Shown here: piece by piece, positions 1 to 12,945 of the stretch | How the letters are laid out: each line of letters opens with the position of its first letter | Position numbering within the stretch: position 1 is the stretch's first letter | NCBI RefSeq assembly: GCF_000143415.4 | Contig: NW_003314324.1 | Span: forward strand, 1,005,379-1,069,378 | Length of the DNA stretch: 64,000 bases | Reading direction: 5' to 3' | Origin: Selaginella moellendorffii | Taxonomy: Eukaryota; Plantae; Lycopodiophyta | The notes under the pieces: generated by a model | What the model was told of the DNA's origin: nothing | Database searches by the model: none | The model's input: only the letters and a program-made list of their open reading frames with translations | Program-made: the position numbers and the translations under genes

Positions 1-1649
1 CACATGGACGACTACATCAAAGCTTTTGTTACCTCCTGTGACACTTGCACCCAGAATAAGGTACCTCGCCACCTTCTTTCAGGTTTGCTTCATTCCCTCC
101 CGGTCCCTTCAGGTCCTTGGGAATCCATCTCCATGGATTTCTTGAGTGATCTTCTGAGTTCTAGAGGCTTCAACAGCATTTTAGTTGTGGTGGATCGCTT
201 CACAAAGATGGCGCACTTCTTGCTGTGTACCAAGGAGTTTTCGGGTGAGGACATGGCAAAATTGGTATTCAGGGAAATTTTCCGACTTCATGGGATTCCT
301 ACAGATGTGGTTTCAGATTAGGGGCCTCAGTTCATCTCTCATTTCTAGCAATGGTTTTTGCAGCTGCTTGGAGTGAAGGCCAACCTCTCTTCGGCATATC
401 ATCCTCAAACTAATGGACAGTCCGAGCGAACGATTCAGATGTTGGAACAATTCTTGAGATGCTTCATCAACTATCATCAGGATAACTGGTTCAATATCTT
501 TCCCCTTGTTAAGTTCTTCTATAACAACTCTGTTCACTCCTCTCTTAGAATTTCCCCCTTCTTTGCGAACTCTAGCCGAAATCCCCGATTCAATCTCTCA
601 CTTCCTTCTCCATCTGAATCTTCTCGTTCAAATCCCTACTCTGAGGCATTTGTCTCCAACCTCTAGGAAATCCACAACTCCATCTCCTTGCACCTCCATA
701 GTGCTCAAGAATCTCACAAAACATTTGCCAATGTCCATCGTCAGGATTGTCCCCCTTACAATATCGGGGATAAAGTCTGGCTCCTCAGGTGAAATATCTC
801 CACCACCAGGCCCTGTCCAAAACTCGATTTCAAACGCCTCAATCCTTTCCCTATCATTGCCATCATTAATCCTGTCACTATTCACCTTGCACTTCCTTCC
901 TCATATCAAATTCACCCTGTTTTTCACTCCTCTCTCCTTAAGCCTTATATTCCCAGTCCTATTCCAAATCGGGTCATTCCTCCGCCTCCACCAGTGCAGC
1001 TCAAGGATGGGTCTGAGTACGAGGTTCAAGACATCCTTGATTCCAAGATTTCACGGTCTAAACTCTACTATCTAGTCGACTGGAAGGGTTACGGACCTGA
1101 GGAACGCACTTGGGAACCTGCGGACAACCTGATTCATTCTCCTGACCTTGTTCAGGACTTCCACCGCTGCTATCCTTCACGTCCCAGTCCTCATTCTTTT
1201 TCTCCATCTCCCATCCCTCGCCGCTCATCTCATCCTCCTCTTCATTCTCGTTCACATCCTCGTTCCACTCATTCTTGAGGAGGGGGTGTTGTCAGGAATC
1301 CCCCAATTCTTGCCACATTCCTGACTCTTGCCAGATTCCTGACCTACAGACCACATTCCTGACTCTCGAAACACTTCCCTATTCCTGACTCTCTGATTTC
1401 CTGTACGATTCCTGAGTCTCGAGCCACATTCTTGATGATGATGTGGGGCCTCCTCAACCTCAGCTATATTTAGGCCATCTTCGATCCAAGAGTGGTGGAG
1501 CTTCATCAACCTATAGTATATATAGGTTAGCTTTGTTCCATTTCTCCACAATCTGAATCAACGCCAGTCTAAGGCCTCTTTTTTGTTTCCACTAGCTTTT
1601 CTCTTTGTCTTTTACATTTTTCAGTCTTGATCTTGTTGGGGTCTTGACA
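1..1649 (+). mobile_element. 3' part of a Ty3/Gypsy chromovirus (Tcn1-like): degenerate integrase, chromodomain, PPT and 3' LTR
   Basis: Integrase motifs CDTC, PWESISMDF, VVVDRFTKMAHF and SAYHPQTNGQSER are broken by stops. Chromodomain EYEVQDILDS..YYLVDWKGYGPEERTWEP at about 1015-1170. PPT GAGGAGGGGGTGT precedes an LTR at 1290-1649 bounded by TGTCAGGA...TCTTGACA. Confidence 0.92.
1290..1649 (+). repeat. 3' LTR of the chromovirus, with clustered TTCCTGAC-type motif repeats at about 1318-1420
   Basis: TG...CA termini with an imperfect terminal inverted repeat, immediately after the PPT. Confidence 0.85.
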
Positions 1650-2200
1650 TTCATGAGCCCTTTAACCAATTGGAAAAGGGGGTGCACTTTTATTCATGGC
1701 CCTTTTCTTCTATATTTGAACATCATGGATCATTTCTTAAGTTGCTTTGTTTGGTTTTTTACAATTTATCACACTTCCCTGCAAATTCATGCCCTCATGA
1801 ACGGAAGTTGAGAGCCGCAACTCTCCCGAGAGCCCCACTCTCTTGACACCCTACCCCTCGGGTCGAGCTTAGTGGGAGCAAATTAAACTAGCCAGATGTC
1901 AATCAACATGTGTTGTGATTTCTTTAGCCAACTAACACACCCTACCCCTCGGGTCGAGCCCAGTGGGAGCAAATTGAACTAGCCAGATGTCAATCAACAT
2001 GTGTTGTGGTTTCTTTAGCCAACCAACAGAGTCAAATGCAAGACTCCTTTGATACCAAATATAAGCTTCTAAATTTGGACTTCCCAGGAGGTCACCCAAC
2101 CCAGTATTATTCAAACCCAAGGATGCTTAACTCTAAGTATCCTAAGACCCTTAACCGATTGGAAAAGGGGGTGCACTCTTATTCATGGGCCCTTTCTCTT
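1650..2200 (-). mobile_element. Degenerate, truncated Cassandra TRIM copy
   Basis: Reverse complement aligns with the intact element at 5731-6536: partial LTRs at about 1650-1763 and 2060-2200, PBS (GATACCAAA at about 2051-2059), two internal repeat units, and a 5S-derived segment at 2077-2131. Confidence 0.88.
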
Positions 2201-3461
2201 AGATGAGTTGCCGGCATTCATGTTGTGTGACATGAGAACAAGTGTCTTGTTGGAGTAGAACAATAATGTCCAATCTAAATAAGAAAGTCAAATACTTGGA
2301 GTTAAAGAACCCCATAAGCATGTTGTCCCCATAAGACTAGCTAGTTGAGCAAATAGGAGAGAGGATTGACCAACATATGAACAATTGTTAGAGGATGTTC
2401 GGCCACTAAGCCTTCTAGAAGTTTTTGAAATGCAAATACAATTGTAGCATAGTACTCCATTTGAGATTTTGAAGTTTTTTTTGCTCCATATTACACCCAG
2501 TGAAATAAATCACAGAAAATGGTGGTTTTCTTTTCTTTCTGATCACTAAGAAAACACCATAACTAATGAATAGTAGAAGGTATGGCAATGTGAGACAGCT
2601 GCTCAACTTTTGGCCTGTATACTTCAATACCTTTATTGCTCACAAGGTGGCCTAGCAACTTCCCTTCTTGGACAAAGAACTGTCACTTACATCTAGATTC
2701 AGAGTGCAAAGTTAAATCATGGAACATGAATATCATGAGGCTTTGAAATGTGGTGGGAGCATTAACTAGGCCAAAAGGGAGGATGCAATATGCAAAGCTT
2801 CCCCAAGGAGTACAGAAACATGTCTTTAACTAATCCTCTGTAGTGATTTGAATATATTTGTAACTAGAAAACCCATCTATAGAGCTATATATATGTTTGT
2901 TAACAACCACATCCAAAATAGCATCAATGGAGTAGAACAGTAATCATAAATAGTAGCTTTGTTCAGTGCTCTAGAATCAACACAAACACATAAGTTTCTA
3001 TTAGCTTTACATACCAGAATTATAGAAGAAATCCAATCAATGACCTCCATAGGATATGTAAAATTTGACTGTAGGAGTTGTTGGATTTGCTACTTGATGA
3101 GAGGTTCCAGGACCAGATTCAATCAACTACCAGACTGCTATACTAGTATAGCTTCTGGCTTAAGAAAAATATGATGCATTTTGACTGTTGGATTAACTCC
3201 CTTTCAATCCTTATAACTACAAGTGAAAACATTTGACCACTTGCAAAATAACACCTTAGCACCTACTGTTCACTGTTTGTAAGAGTGTTGCCAATAAAGA
3301 TTGGCTGAGGCTCTAAGGTATTATCAGCTAGATCCAATTGAAGTAACTCTAGATGATCTGTTACGCCATCTGCTTGTACTTGAAGAATATCCATGAGAGA
3401 GATATTATCTAAGGGAGTAAGTTGTTCCTCTTCCAAAACCAAGTCTTGAACTAACATCTAG

Positions 3462-3850
3462 AGGCCCTGCTTTGTTAGTGCATTTGCCATTGCATTAGAC
3501 TCCCTAGGTCTAGTGACAATATCCTAGCAATCCAACTCAGTGAGGAGTGATATCAGACTCCCATACAAATGTTGTAAGCAGTGATTAAGGACTTTATATG
3601 TGCCTAGTACTTATCAAACCAACAGCTGAGAATCTGATCTAGGGCTCAGCCAATGAACTGGATATTGTAAGGCTCTTTGAACCACCAACAACATTGCCTA
3701 ATACTCCACATTGTTGGAGGAAGATGTAGAAACTACCATTGATATGGAGAAGAGTATGTCTCCAATAGGTGATACAAGGAAATCACAAATACCACCACAG
3801 TTCAATAATCAAGAAAACACCCCATTAGAAAATAATCTATATACTAGTGG
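3462..3850 (-). pseudogene. Additional archaeal-type RNase HI (aRH) domain of the Tat element, degenerate
   Basis: One frame reads YRLFSNG..GGICDFLVSPIG..SNNVEY*A..DSQLLV**VLGTYKV..PRESNAMANALTKQG, matching the aRH motifs (FDG, NNxAEY, DSQLVV, RExNxxADxLA). Confidence 0.85.
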
Positions 3851-5851
3851 CTCATTTGTATTTGAAACACTAGAAACAGTTGTATTAATGTAACTTGCAA
3901 CTGTACTTGAGATTAGAGTGTCATTGGAGGCAACACAGCTATGAGAAACATCCACGACACTCGAAGTTGGTACGCTGGCTCCATATTGCACCTTCTCATC
4001 CTTGAAGTATTGTATCTTTCATCTCTTGAGTCTCATCAACCAGCAAAACTGACACCATTGTTGAACTGAAAATATCATTGTCAATTGGAACTAGTTTTGA
4101 TGTCTGAAATCAACCCTTCCTATTATATAAGGTGGTGGTTATATTTCCTATTGAACTGCACATCAAACCTTGATCCCAAAACATGTGAGCTGAAACTCTA
4201 TCCAACCACTGTTGTCCCAAGAGCAATGAAAATGACTGAACCGAATCTGCCCAGCCATCTTGTGGAAATTCAACTACCAAAAATATTGAGTTGAACCTGC
4301 ACCACGTGCACATCAATCGTCACAGCCTTAATCAATCCAATGGGTTTCACCTAATGTTAAGCACACATCTTAAGAATAATTGAGGTCTGGGTGTTGGAAT
4401 CAATTTGCAACTACCAACAGATGTGTGCTGGCATGATACTTGTTCCTAAGTAAGAGTCTGTGATTGCTTTAGGCATGCATTTGCCATTGACTAGAGGATT
4501 GTAATAGAAAGCCCCTAGATCAACTGAGTGAGTGATCCACCACATGGATTCCCACTTAGTGTAGATTACACATCAAATTCTTAGTTACCTATGGATCTAC
4601 TCTAGAGAAAGAAAGATTGTCCAAAAGGCATGGAGCAACATGAAGTTATGCCATGGTAATTTTCAACCTTAGTAGCTGTAAATCCTCAAGCAAGGAGTAT
4701 GGTGGGGAAGTGGTTACAAGGAATGCAACCTGAACCATGACCTGATGAGTTGGCAGCATTCCTGAAAAGGTTCTCAAGCAGCTGCCCATTGAGATTTTGT
4801 AGCCATGAGAATGTCAATGGATTCTTTATTTGGTTCTCAAAATAAATCCACTAGTGAGATTTGCTCATCTTCCAACATATGACCCTTGACAAATTTCACT
4901 AGAAGTAGAGCATTATCTTACTGTTTGCATCATCCCATTGGAGGCCCTCCTAAACAGGGTGCCATGGTTGGATCCAAAGCATTTGGCTGCTCAAAATCTT
5001 TCTCTTCATATTGATATTTACCCAAGCCTATGCCAGGTAACCATCATTGTTTTTGCAACAACTGATACCCCATGTTATCCTTAGAGATTCTTGCTCTTCA
5101 CATTAGATTAGGCTTTACCAAATAGACAGAGTTCTCCACTTATACATGGTTGACTGCTAAAGATGGTGAGCTTCTGGTAGCCATAGCTGTTTGTGGCATT
5201 ATTTTTGTGTGATCTGGTAGTGGCCTTGGGGCATACACTTGAGTTGGCGGAGGAGGAGAAAGCACCAAGGGCATTGGAGGTGTAGGAAGTAAATGTTGCT
5301 GCTACAATTGGAATGCTCGTTGCTTGATGAAGCATCAATCTTGGTATGATCTGGCTTACTGAAGTAGAAATCGAGAATTGATAAAAAGTTGGTGCAACTG
5401 GCACTTGTGAATCCGGTTGAGCTGATGAAGACCACTAAGCTAGAGCGGACCACTGAGGGAAGCATACCTTGGAGAGACTGCATTGTGATTGTGTGGATGA
5501 TAAAAACTTAATGCATAATGCAGCACTTGATACAAATAGATCACAGTGGATGAGAAAAACTCCCTATTTGGTAAATTGGAGCAAATGTAGACAATGTCAT
5601 CTGTTTAGTGTAGTTAGGCATCATTGCTAGAGTTTCCAAGGGTGTAGCAATGACAATAATTATAGGAACAAAATCCCATCTTGCTTGTGTAGCCCCCAGC
5701 TTTGCAAGGAACTTCTCCTAACTATTAGTGTGTAAGCAACCAAAGAGAACGACTCGAGAGACGGTCCATGGGGTTTAAATATAGAGGGAAAGGGCCCATG
5801 AATAAGAGTGCACCCCCTTTTCCAATTGGTTAAGGGTCTTGGGATATTTGG

Positions 5852-5907
5852 GGTTAAGCGTCCTTGGGTTTGAATAGTACTGGGTTGGGTGACCTCCCGA
5901 GAAGTCC
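5852..5907 (+). promoter_or_regulatory. 5S rRNA-derived Pol III internal control region (A box, IE, C box) in the Cassandra 5' LTR; second copy at 6464-6519
   Basis: GGTTAAGCGTCCTTGGGTTTGAATAGTACTGGGTTGGGTGACCTCCCGAGAAGTCC aligns with plant 5S GTTAAGCGTGCTTGGGCGAGAGTAGTACTAGGATGGGTGACCTCCTGGGAAGTCC. Confidence 0.9.
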
Positions 5908-5959
5908 AAACTCAGGAGCTTACATTTGGTATCAGAGGGGTCTCGGGTCCGACTCTATT

Positions 5960-6273
5960 GGTTGGCTAAGGGAATCACACCACATGTTGATTGACATTTG
6001 GCTGGTCCAGTTTGCTCCCGCTGGGCTTGACCCGAGGGGTAGGGTGTCAAGAGAGCGGGGTTGGCTAAGGGAATCACACCACATGTTGATTGACATTTGG
6101 CTGGTCCAGTTTGCTCCTGCTGGGTTTGCTCCCGCTGGGCTTGACTCGAGGGGTAGGGTGTCAAGAGAGCGGGGTTGGCTAAGGGAATCACACCACATGT
6201 TAATTGACATTTGGCTGGTCCAGTTTGCTCCTGCTGGGCTTGACCCGAGGGGTAGGGTGTCAAGAGAGCGGGG
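5960..6273 (+). repeat. Three tandem copies of a ~100-bp unit in the Cassandra internal domain
   Basis: The unit GTTGGCTAAGGGAATCACACCACATG...GTCAAGAGAGCGGG occurs three times. The second copy carries an extra 15-bp internal duplication. Confidence 0.95.
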
Positions 6274-7260
6274 CTCTCGAGAGAGCTGCGGCTCTCAGCT
6301 TTCGTTCACGAGGGCGTGAACTTGCAGGAAAGCGTGGTGGATTGTAAGCAACCAAAGAGAACGACTCGAGAGACGGTCCATGGGGTTCAAATATAGAGGG
6401 AAAGGGCCCATGAATAAGAGTGCACCCCCTTTTCCAATTGGTTAAGGGTCTTGGGATATTTGGGGTTAAGCGTCCTTGGGTTTGAATAGTACTGGGCTGG
6501 GTGACCTCCCGAGAAGTCCAAACTCAGGAGCTTACATAGTGATCATTGTTAAGACTGTGGTCATCATTTTGTAATATCCAACATGCAGGATTCCAAAGAG
6601 ACAAACATGTCTCATTGGACATTAAAAGTGGACATTAAAAGTGGATGCAGAGGAAGTGGATCCCATCTAGATGAGATATTTGCATTCTTGTGTCTCTGTT
6701 TATAGTATTGCCACTTCAATTGTCATTGGTTCCTTGTAGTGCACTTTCCTAGCTAAGTCAGGATGTAGAGCATCAATATATGCCTGGACAACACTCAAAC
6801 TTTAGCATTGACTCCTTTGTTATTACACTTCTGGATATAAGTTTGGAAACACTGATTGAATTTGATGAAGGAGGTCCAATTTTGCCATGATACTATCCTT
6901 GCTTTCCAGGTATCAAATTGCATCAAGAAAAACTTCATGAGGGTGTCAAAGTCTACTGCTTGCTATTGCAACATATTCAACTACCATGATAATGCTTGCC
7001 CCAAGAGAGACAATGAGAAATAAGTTATTTGTGCCTCTTTCTAGATTGCTATTGCCATAAAGAATGATTTGATGCTCTCTATATACAACTAAGGATCTTT
7101 TTTGACATCTCCTTTGCATTTCGGCAAGATGGTGACTATATGAACATCAAGACATTCCACNNNNNNNNNNNNNNNNNNNNNNNNNNNNNNNNNNNNNNNN
7201 NNNNNNNNNNNNNNNNNNNNNNNNNNNNNNNNNNNNNNNNNNNNNNNNNNNNNNNNNNNN

Positions 7261-8400
<1,140 letters not shown>

Positions 8401-11260
8401 ATTATCTAATAAAAAATAAAATGACATATTTATATTATAAAAATCAAAGATCTAGTTTTATAAAACTAACTTATATTAATAACAAAATTAATGAGGATAA
8501 AACTATATAAAGGATTAATAAACCTATATATTAATACTTATAAATACTGAATGTTAAGTTTAATTATAATGTCATCTTCTAATAAAATTTATAATTTTAA
8601 TGGATTAAAACCAATCCATATTAAAATGTCACAAACTTTACATATTGAAGAAGTTTAACTGATAATAAGAGTATTGATCTTTCATTTTTACTTTCTTTCC
8701 CTTGAAATTAGGGTATTTCAACTATATACATATTTACTTAGGTATTATCATATATTTATCATAAAAAATTACTATTTAGACTTGATGACTGCTATATAAA
8801 TAGTTTCATATCCACTTTAGTGATATAGTCAAGGTTCGGTTACCAAATTTTTATTTATTTCTTCTGATCAGAAATGTTTATCTTAAATTCCAAAATCATA
8901 AATGATTATATTTGGATAATTATTTTCATAGATTTTACATTTAATATGTCAATTTCTAATGATCCTTGTGGTGGGTGGCTTAATAGTTGTAAAATTACAT
9001 CATTTCAATATAATGAATTAAAGATTTTTATAAATTGCAAGAAAATCAATGGTGATTGGCATAGATCTTCTTTTATAATTGGCACTTGTAATTAAGAAAT
9101 TTTAGATTGCACTTTTTATCCAACAACAAATAATTTAATTTGTAATCTTCATGGTGAAGAACTTAATCTGAATACTCTTGCAGGCAATGATATGGGCATC
9201 TTGTTTGTTGCTCGCTTCCAATATTTTAATCTATAATTCTCATTTATTTATCAAGTAAAATGTCTAGAAAGTAAAATTAATATTAATTTTTTTAATACTT
9301 CTTTATATCATTCTTAACATTACATTTTACTAAATTGCATTAAATTGAAACTTTATTTAAAAAATTAAAATTTATTTCATAATTTCATACCATAGTTTAT
9401 TAACTGTATATACTATATATCATTTCATAGAATATAGTTAGATTATCTTGTATTTAGCTTCAGAAACTAACTAACAGAAATATTTATCTAATAGACCCTG
9501 AATCTTAACAACTATAAGTTTTAATCATGAAAAACTTTAAGTTACTACAAATTTCACTATTGTTTTTAGTATTTTTACTTTATAGTAATTTTCACATATT
9601 GATATCTAAATCAAAATTAAATTACAAAGATAAGTTTTAATAATAAAACTATTTTTATTAAAATGAATGAGATCCTATCTTCTAATAAACGGCATTACAA
9701 AGATGTTTTTTCTATAAATTTATTAATATAAATCAAATAAATGCACTATCATGCAAGATCGTTATTTACATAATAAAACAGGGCCATAATAAATAGATTC
9801 AGATATATATATTGTATGTTTTTACTCAAATATAAAAAATGCTTTCTATTTTAATTTCTTNNNNNNNNNNNNNNNNNNNNNNNNNNNNNNNNNNNNNNNN
9901 NNNNNNNNNNNNNNNNNNNNNNNNNNNNNNNNNNNNNNNNNNNNNNNNNNNNNNNNNNNNTTTTTTAACAGTATTTGTTACTGAATATATCACCATTTAA
10001 ATGTATATAATAAATCTTGTTTCTTATTAAATACATCACCACATTTAAAATTGCCATGTGGAGCTATATCTTGTTACAGGATCATATAATCTTAACATCT
10101 GGAGGTTTAACATCATGGTAAAATTAACTAATAGTTATTAAATATATCACCACATGTTAGTATTGATATCTAAAGGTCTAGCTAAATTAACTATAAGTGA
10201 CATTTGGAGGTTTCAGATCTAGATAAAATAAAGAGCTCAATGTTAAAGAGGACAAAAACAAAAAGGCAAAATGTTAATATTTAATTGTATAAAGTCATAT
10301 ATATTATATTAGTACATTTTTTTGGGGGGTCATGGGCATCTAGCTAGAGGCATGAGACAGGGAAAACCTTTCTCCTACTGCCTCCATAGCCTTTACTTGA
10401 GTTTCTGCTCTTGACCCTCCTTCAAGTGACTCATAAAAGTCCCAAGTGGCATGCTGGGAGGAGGATAACTAGGTCAAGCTTTTGCCAAGAATTGAGCATG
10501 CAAATCACAATTTCCATGTTGTGGTATATGTCTTCCACCTGGTCCACATCACACAGTCAGAGGTGGCACAGGAGCTGCAAGTGAATTCAACTGCCAGTCT
10601 TTACCTAGAGGCTATGATTCCTACATCTATATGTGCCTAGAGTGTGCCACACCCAAGGTGGGGTTCATGCCCATAGGATTCACTGTTCCATATTATAGTT
10701 TACCACTTCCTATCTAAGCCATCTCCCAAGAGTACTTGTCAAGAGGGTGTTGGAGGGCAGACTCCAAGTCAAGGCCTAGATGCATGGTCCATTTCTTAAG
10801 GTCAAACCAGTAGCCACTATCTCTCTTATACATAAGACTTATGATTGAGTGCTTGCATAGATAGTTTCATTTGAAGCTGGCTCAACCTTCTTTGTGATAT
10901 GATGTATGTGACTACTTGCTTCAATGCCAAGGGGATGGGTAGCTTTTGAGTTGAGCTCACGAGCTAAACTTAAGTCAATACAATCCTCTAACTAGTAAAA
11001 GTTTAATGGCACTACCTTAGTTTGTCCTGAACCAAGAATTTTTAACTTGAAATTTAATTGCTTCGACACTAATTAATATTTTAGTCTATAAAGAAAGAAA
11101 ATTATCTATTAAACAACATAATTAATATTAAAATCAGAACATATTCAATCTTCTTCTATGTCTAAAAAAGTAGAAATGGGTATAGTGGAATGCTCCTTCA
11201 TTATAGGCTTGTGTTGCATGTAATGTTATGCTATGCATTCAGCATAAACAGGTAAGTGAA

Positions 11261-11432
11261 TGTGAGACAAATCCCTAAACTCCAAAGTGGAGCCGAAAGG
11301 GTGTTATGTGGTAGTGGCCAAAGTGAAAGCCAAACGAGTGTAACACGTTTGGACTAAAAACTCAAACTTAAAAAGTCGAAAGTGGGAGTGGACTCTCAAC
11401 AAAATACTCAAGGAACGAGCACAAAATGAGAA
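11261..11432 (+). mobile_element. Start of a family-B LTR, cut by an assembly gap (N at 11433-11898)
   Basis: TGTGAGACAAATCCCTA..AAAGTGGAGCCG..GTAACACGTTTGGAC..GGAACGAGCAC matches the LTR start at 46886 and 52618. Confidence 0.88.
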
Positions 11433-12139
11433 NNNNNNNNNNNNNNNNNNNNNNNNNNNNNNNNNNNNNNNNNNNNNNNNNNNNNNNNNNNNNNNNNNNN
11501 NNNNNNNNNNNNNNNNNNNNNNNNNNNNNNNNNNNNNNNNNNNNNNNNNNNNNNNNNNNNNNNNNNNNNNNNNNNNNNNNNNNNNNNNNNNNNNNNNNNN
11601 NNNNNNNNNNNNNNNNNNNNNNNNNNNNNNNNNNNNNNNNNNNNNNNNNNNNNNNNNNNNNNNNNNNNNNNNNNNNNNNNNNNNNNNNNNNNNNNNNNNN
11701 NNNNNNNNNNNNNNNNNNNNNNNNNNNNNNNNNNNNNNNNNNNNNNNNNNNNNNNNNNNNNNNNNNNNNNNNNNNNNNNNNNNNNNNNNNNNNNNNNNNN
11801 NNNNNNNNNNNNNNNNNNNNNNNNNNNNNNNNNNNNNNNNNNNNNNNNNNNNNNNNNNNNNNNNNNNNNNNNNNNNNNNNNNNNNNNNNNNNNNNNNNGT
11901 GTGGTACTCGACAGATTAGCATGGAGCACATAAGTGGGAGAGATCGAGTGTGGGAGAGTGTAGGAGATGGAGCGCTCCAGTGTGAACACGAGTTGAGATT
12001 GAGAGTGAGAGAGTGAGATAGTGCGAGAAATCTAGCATGATTGAGAGATCGGGAAGGAAAGATGCCACCAAGGGTGAGTCCAAGGGTGATTGCTTCCACT
12101 TCTATTTTTTTTTCTTGCTTCTTTCTTGATTGCTTTTTC

Positions 12140-12945
12140 AAGGCTGGCCACCTTAGGCACTTTGGCTGCCCGAGGGGCCAAGGTTATTCAAATCTTGAGC
12201 TTGGGGTGGGTTGCCCAAGCTTGACATTGGGCAGCTTGAGGTGGCCTGCCTTGACATCGGCCTTCCTCGATGCAGCTTGAGGTGGCCTGCCCAAGCTCAA
12301 TATTGGGCAGCCTCGAGCTTGGGCAGGCCACCTCAAGCTCAACATTGGGCAAGCCAATGCTTGGGCAGGCCACCTCAAGCTTGCATTGAGGTAGGCCTGC
12401 CCAAGCTCAACATTGGGCAGCCTCGAGCTTGGGCAGGCCACCCCAAGCTCGACATTGGGCAGCCTCAAGTTTGGGCAAGCCACCTCAAACATTTTAGCCG
12501 CCCAAGGGGTTGAGGTTATTTGACTAACCTTGGCCCCTTGGGCAGCCAAAGTGCTCGAGGTTGACTTGGGCTGGCCACCTCAAGCACTTTGGCTGCTCGA
12601 ATAACATTGGCCCCTCGGGCAACCAAAGTGCCCAAGCTCGAATTCGAGCTTGAGCGGGCCACCTCGGGCACTTTGGCCGCCCGAGGGGCTGAGATTATTT
12701 GAATAACCTCAACCCCTCGGGCAACCAAAGTGCCTGAGGTTGAGCTTGGGCCAGCCACCTCGTGCACTTTGGCTACCCGAGGGGCCGAGGTTATTCAAAT
12801 AACCTCAGCCCCTTGAGCAGCCAAAGTGCTCGAGGTCGAGCTCAAGAAGGCCACCTCAGGCACTTTGGCCACCTGAGGGGCCCAGGTTATTTGAATAACC
12901 TTGGCCCCCTGGGTAGCCAAAGTGCCTGAGGTGGAGTTTGGGCCC
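12140..12945. repeat. GC-rich array of tandem palindromic units
   Basis: ~96-bp units, each holding an ~80-bp imperfect palindrome centred on consensus GGTTATTCGAATAACC (for example 12661-12740, 12757-12836, 12853-12932). These follow shorter GCCCAAGCTC/GAGCTTGGGC inverted units. Confidence 0.9.

Larger units (their letters stand above)
5731..6536 (+). mobile_element. Intact Cassandra TRIM (non-autonomous LTR element carrying 5S rRNA sequence)
   Basis: 194-bp LTRs at 5731-5924 and 6343-6536 (TGTAAGC...GCTTACA, two differences seen). 5-bp TSD TAGTG. tRNA-Met PBS TGGTATCAGAG. PPT-like GCGTGGTGGAT. Non-coding 418-bp interior. Confidence 0.95.
2215..7130 (-). mobile_element. Decayed Ty3/Gypsy Tat-lineage retrotransposon (gag-PR-aRH-RT-RH), interrupted by Cassandra
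   Basis: Manual minus-strand translation. Gag-like YFSLSLLGQALSW at about 6990-7030. Protease-like AITDSYLGTSIMP at about 4430-4470. aRH at 3462-3850. RT motifs DWISSIILVCKANRNLCVCVDSRALNKAT, SIDGFSSY and TPWGSFAYCILPFGLVNAPTTFQ at about 2720-3040. RNase H-like MEYYATIVFAFQKL at about 2420-2460. Many stops and frameshifts. Confidence 0.85.

Noticed and set aside
5852-5907. Functional 5S rRNA gene
   Set aside because: Only about 56 bp of the internal region is present, with no 5' part or terminator, and it is embedded in LTRs.
12140-12945. CRISPR-like array
   Set aside because: Eukaryotic context, no unique spacers, no cas genes, and the units are long palindromes.
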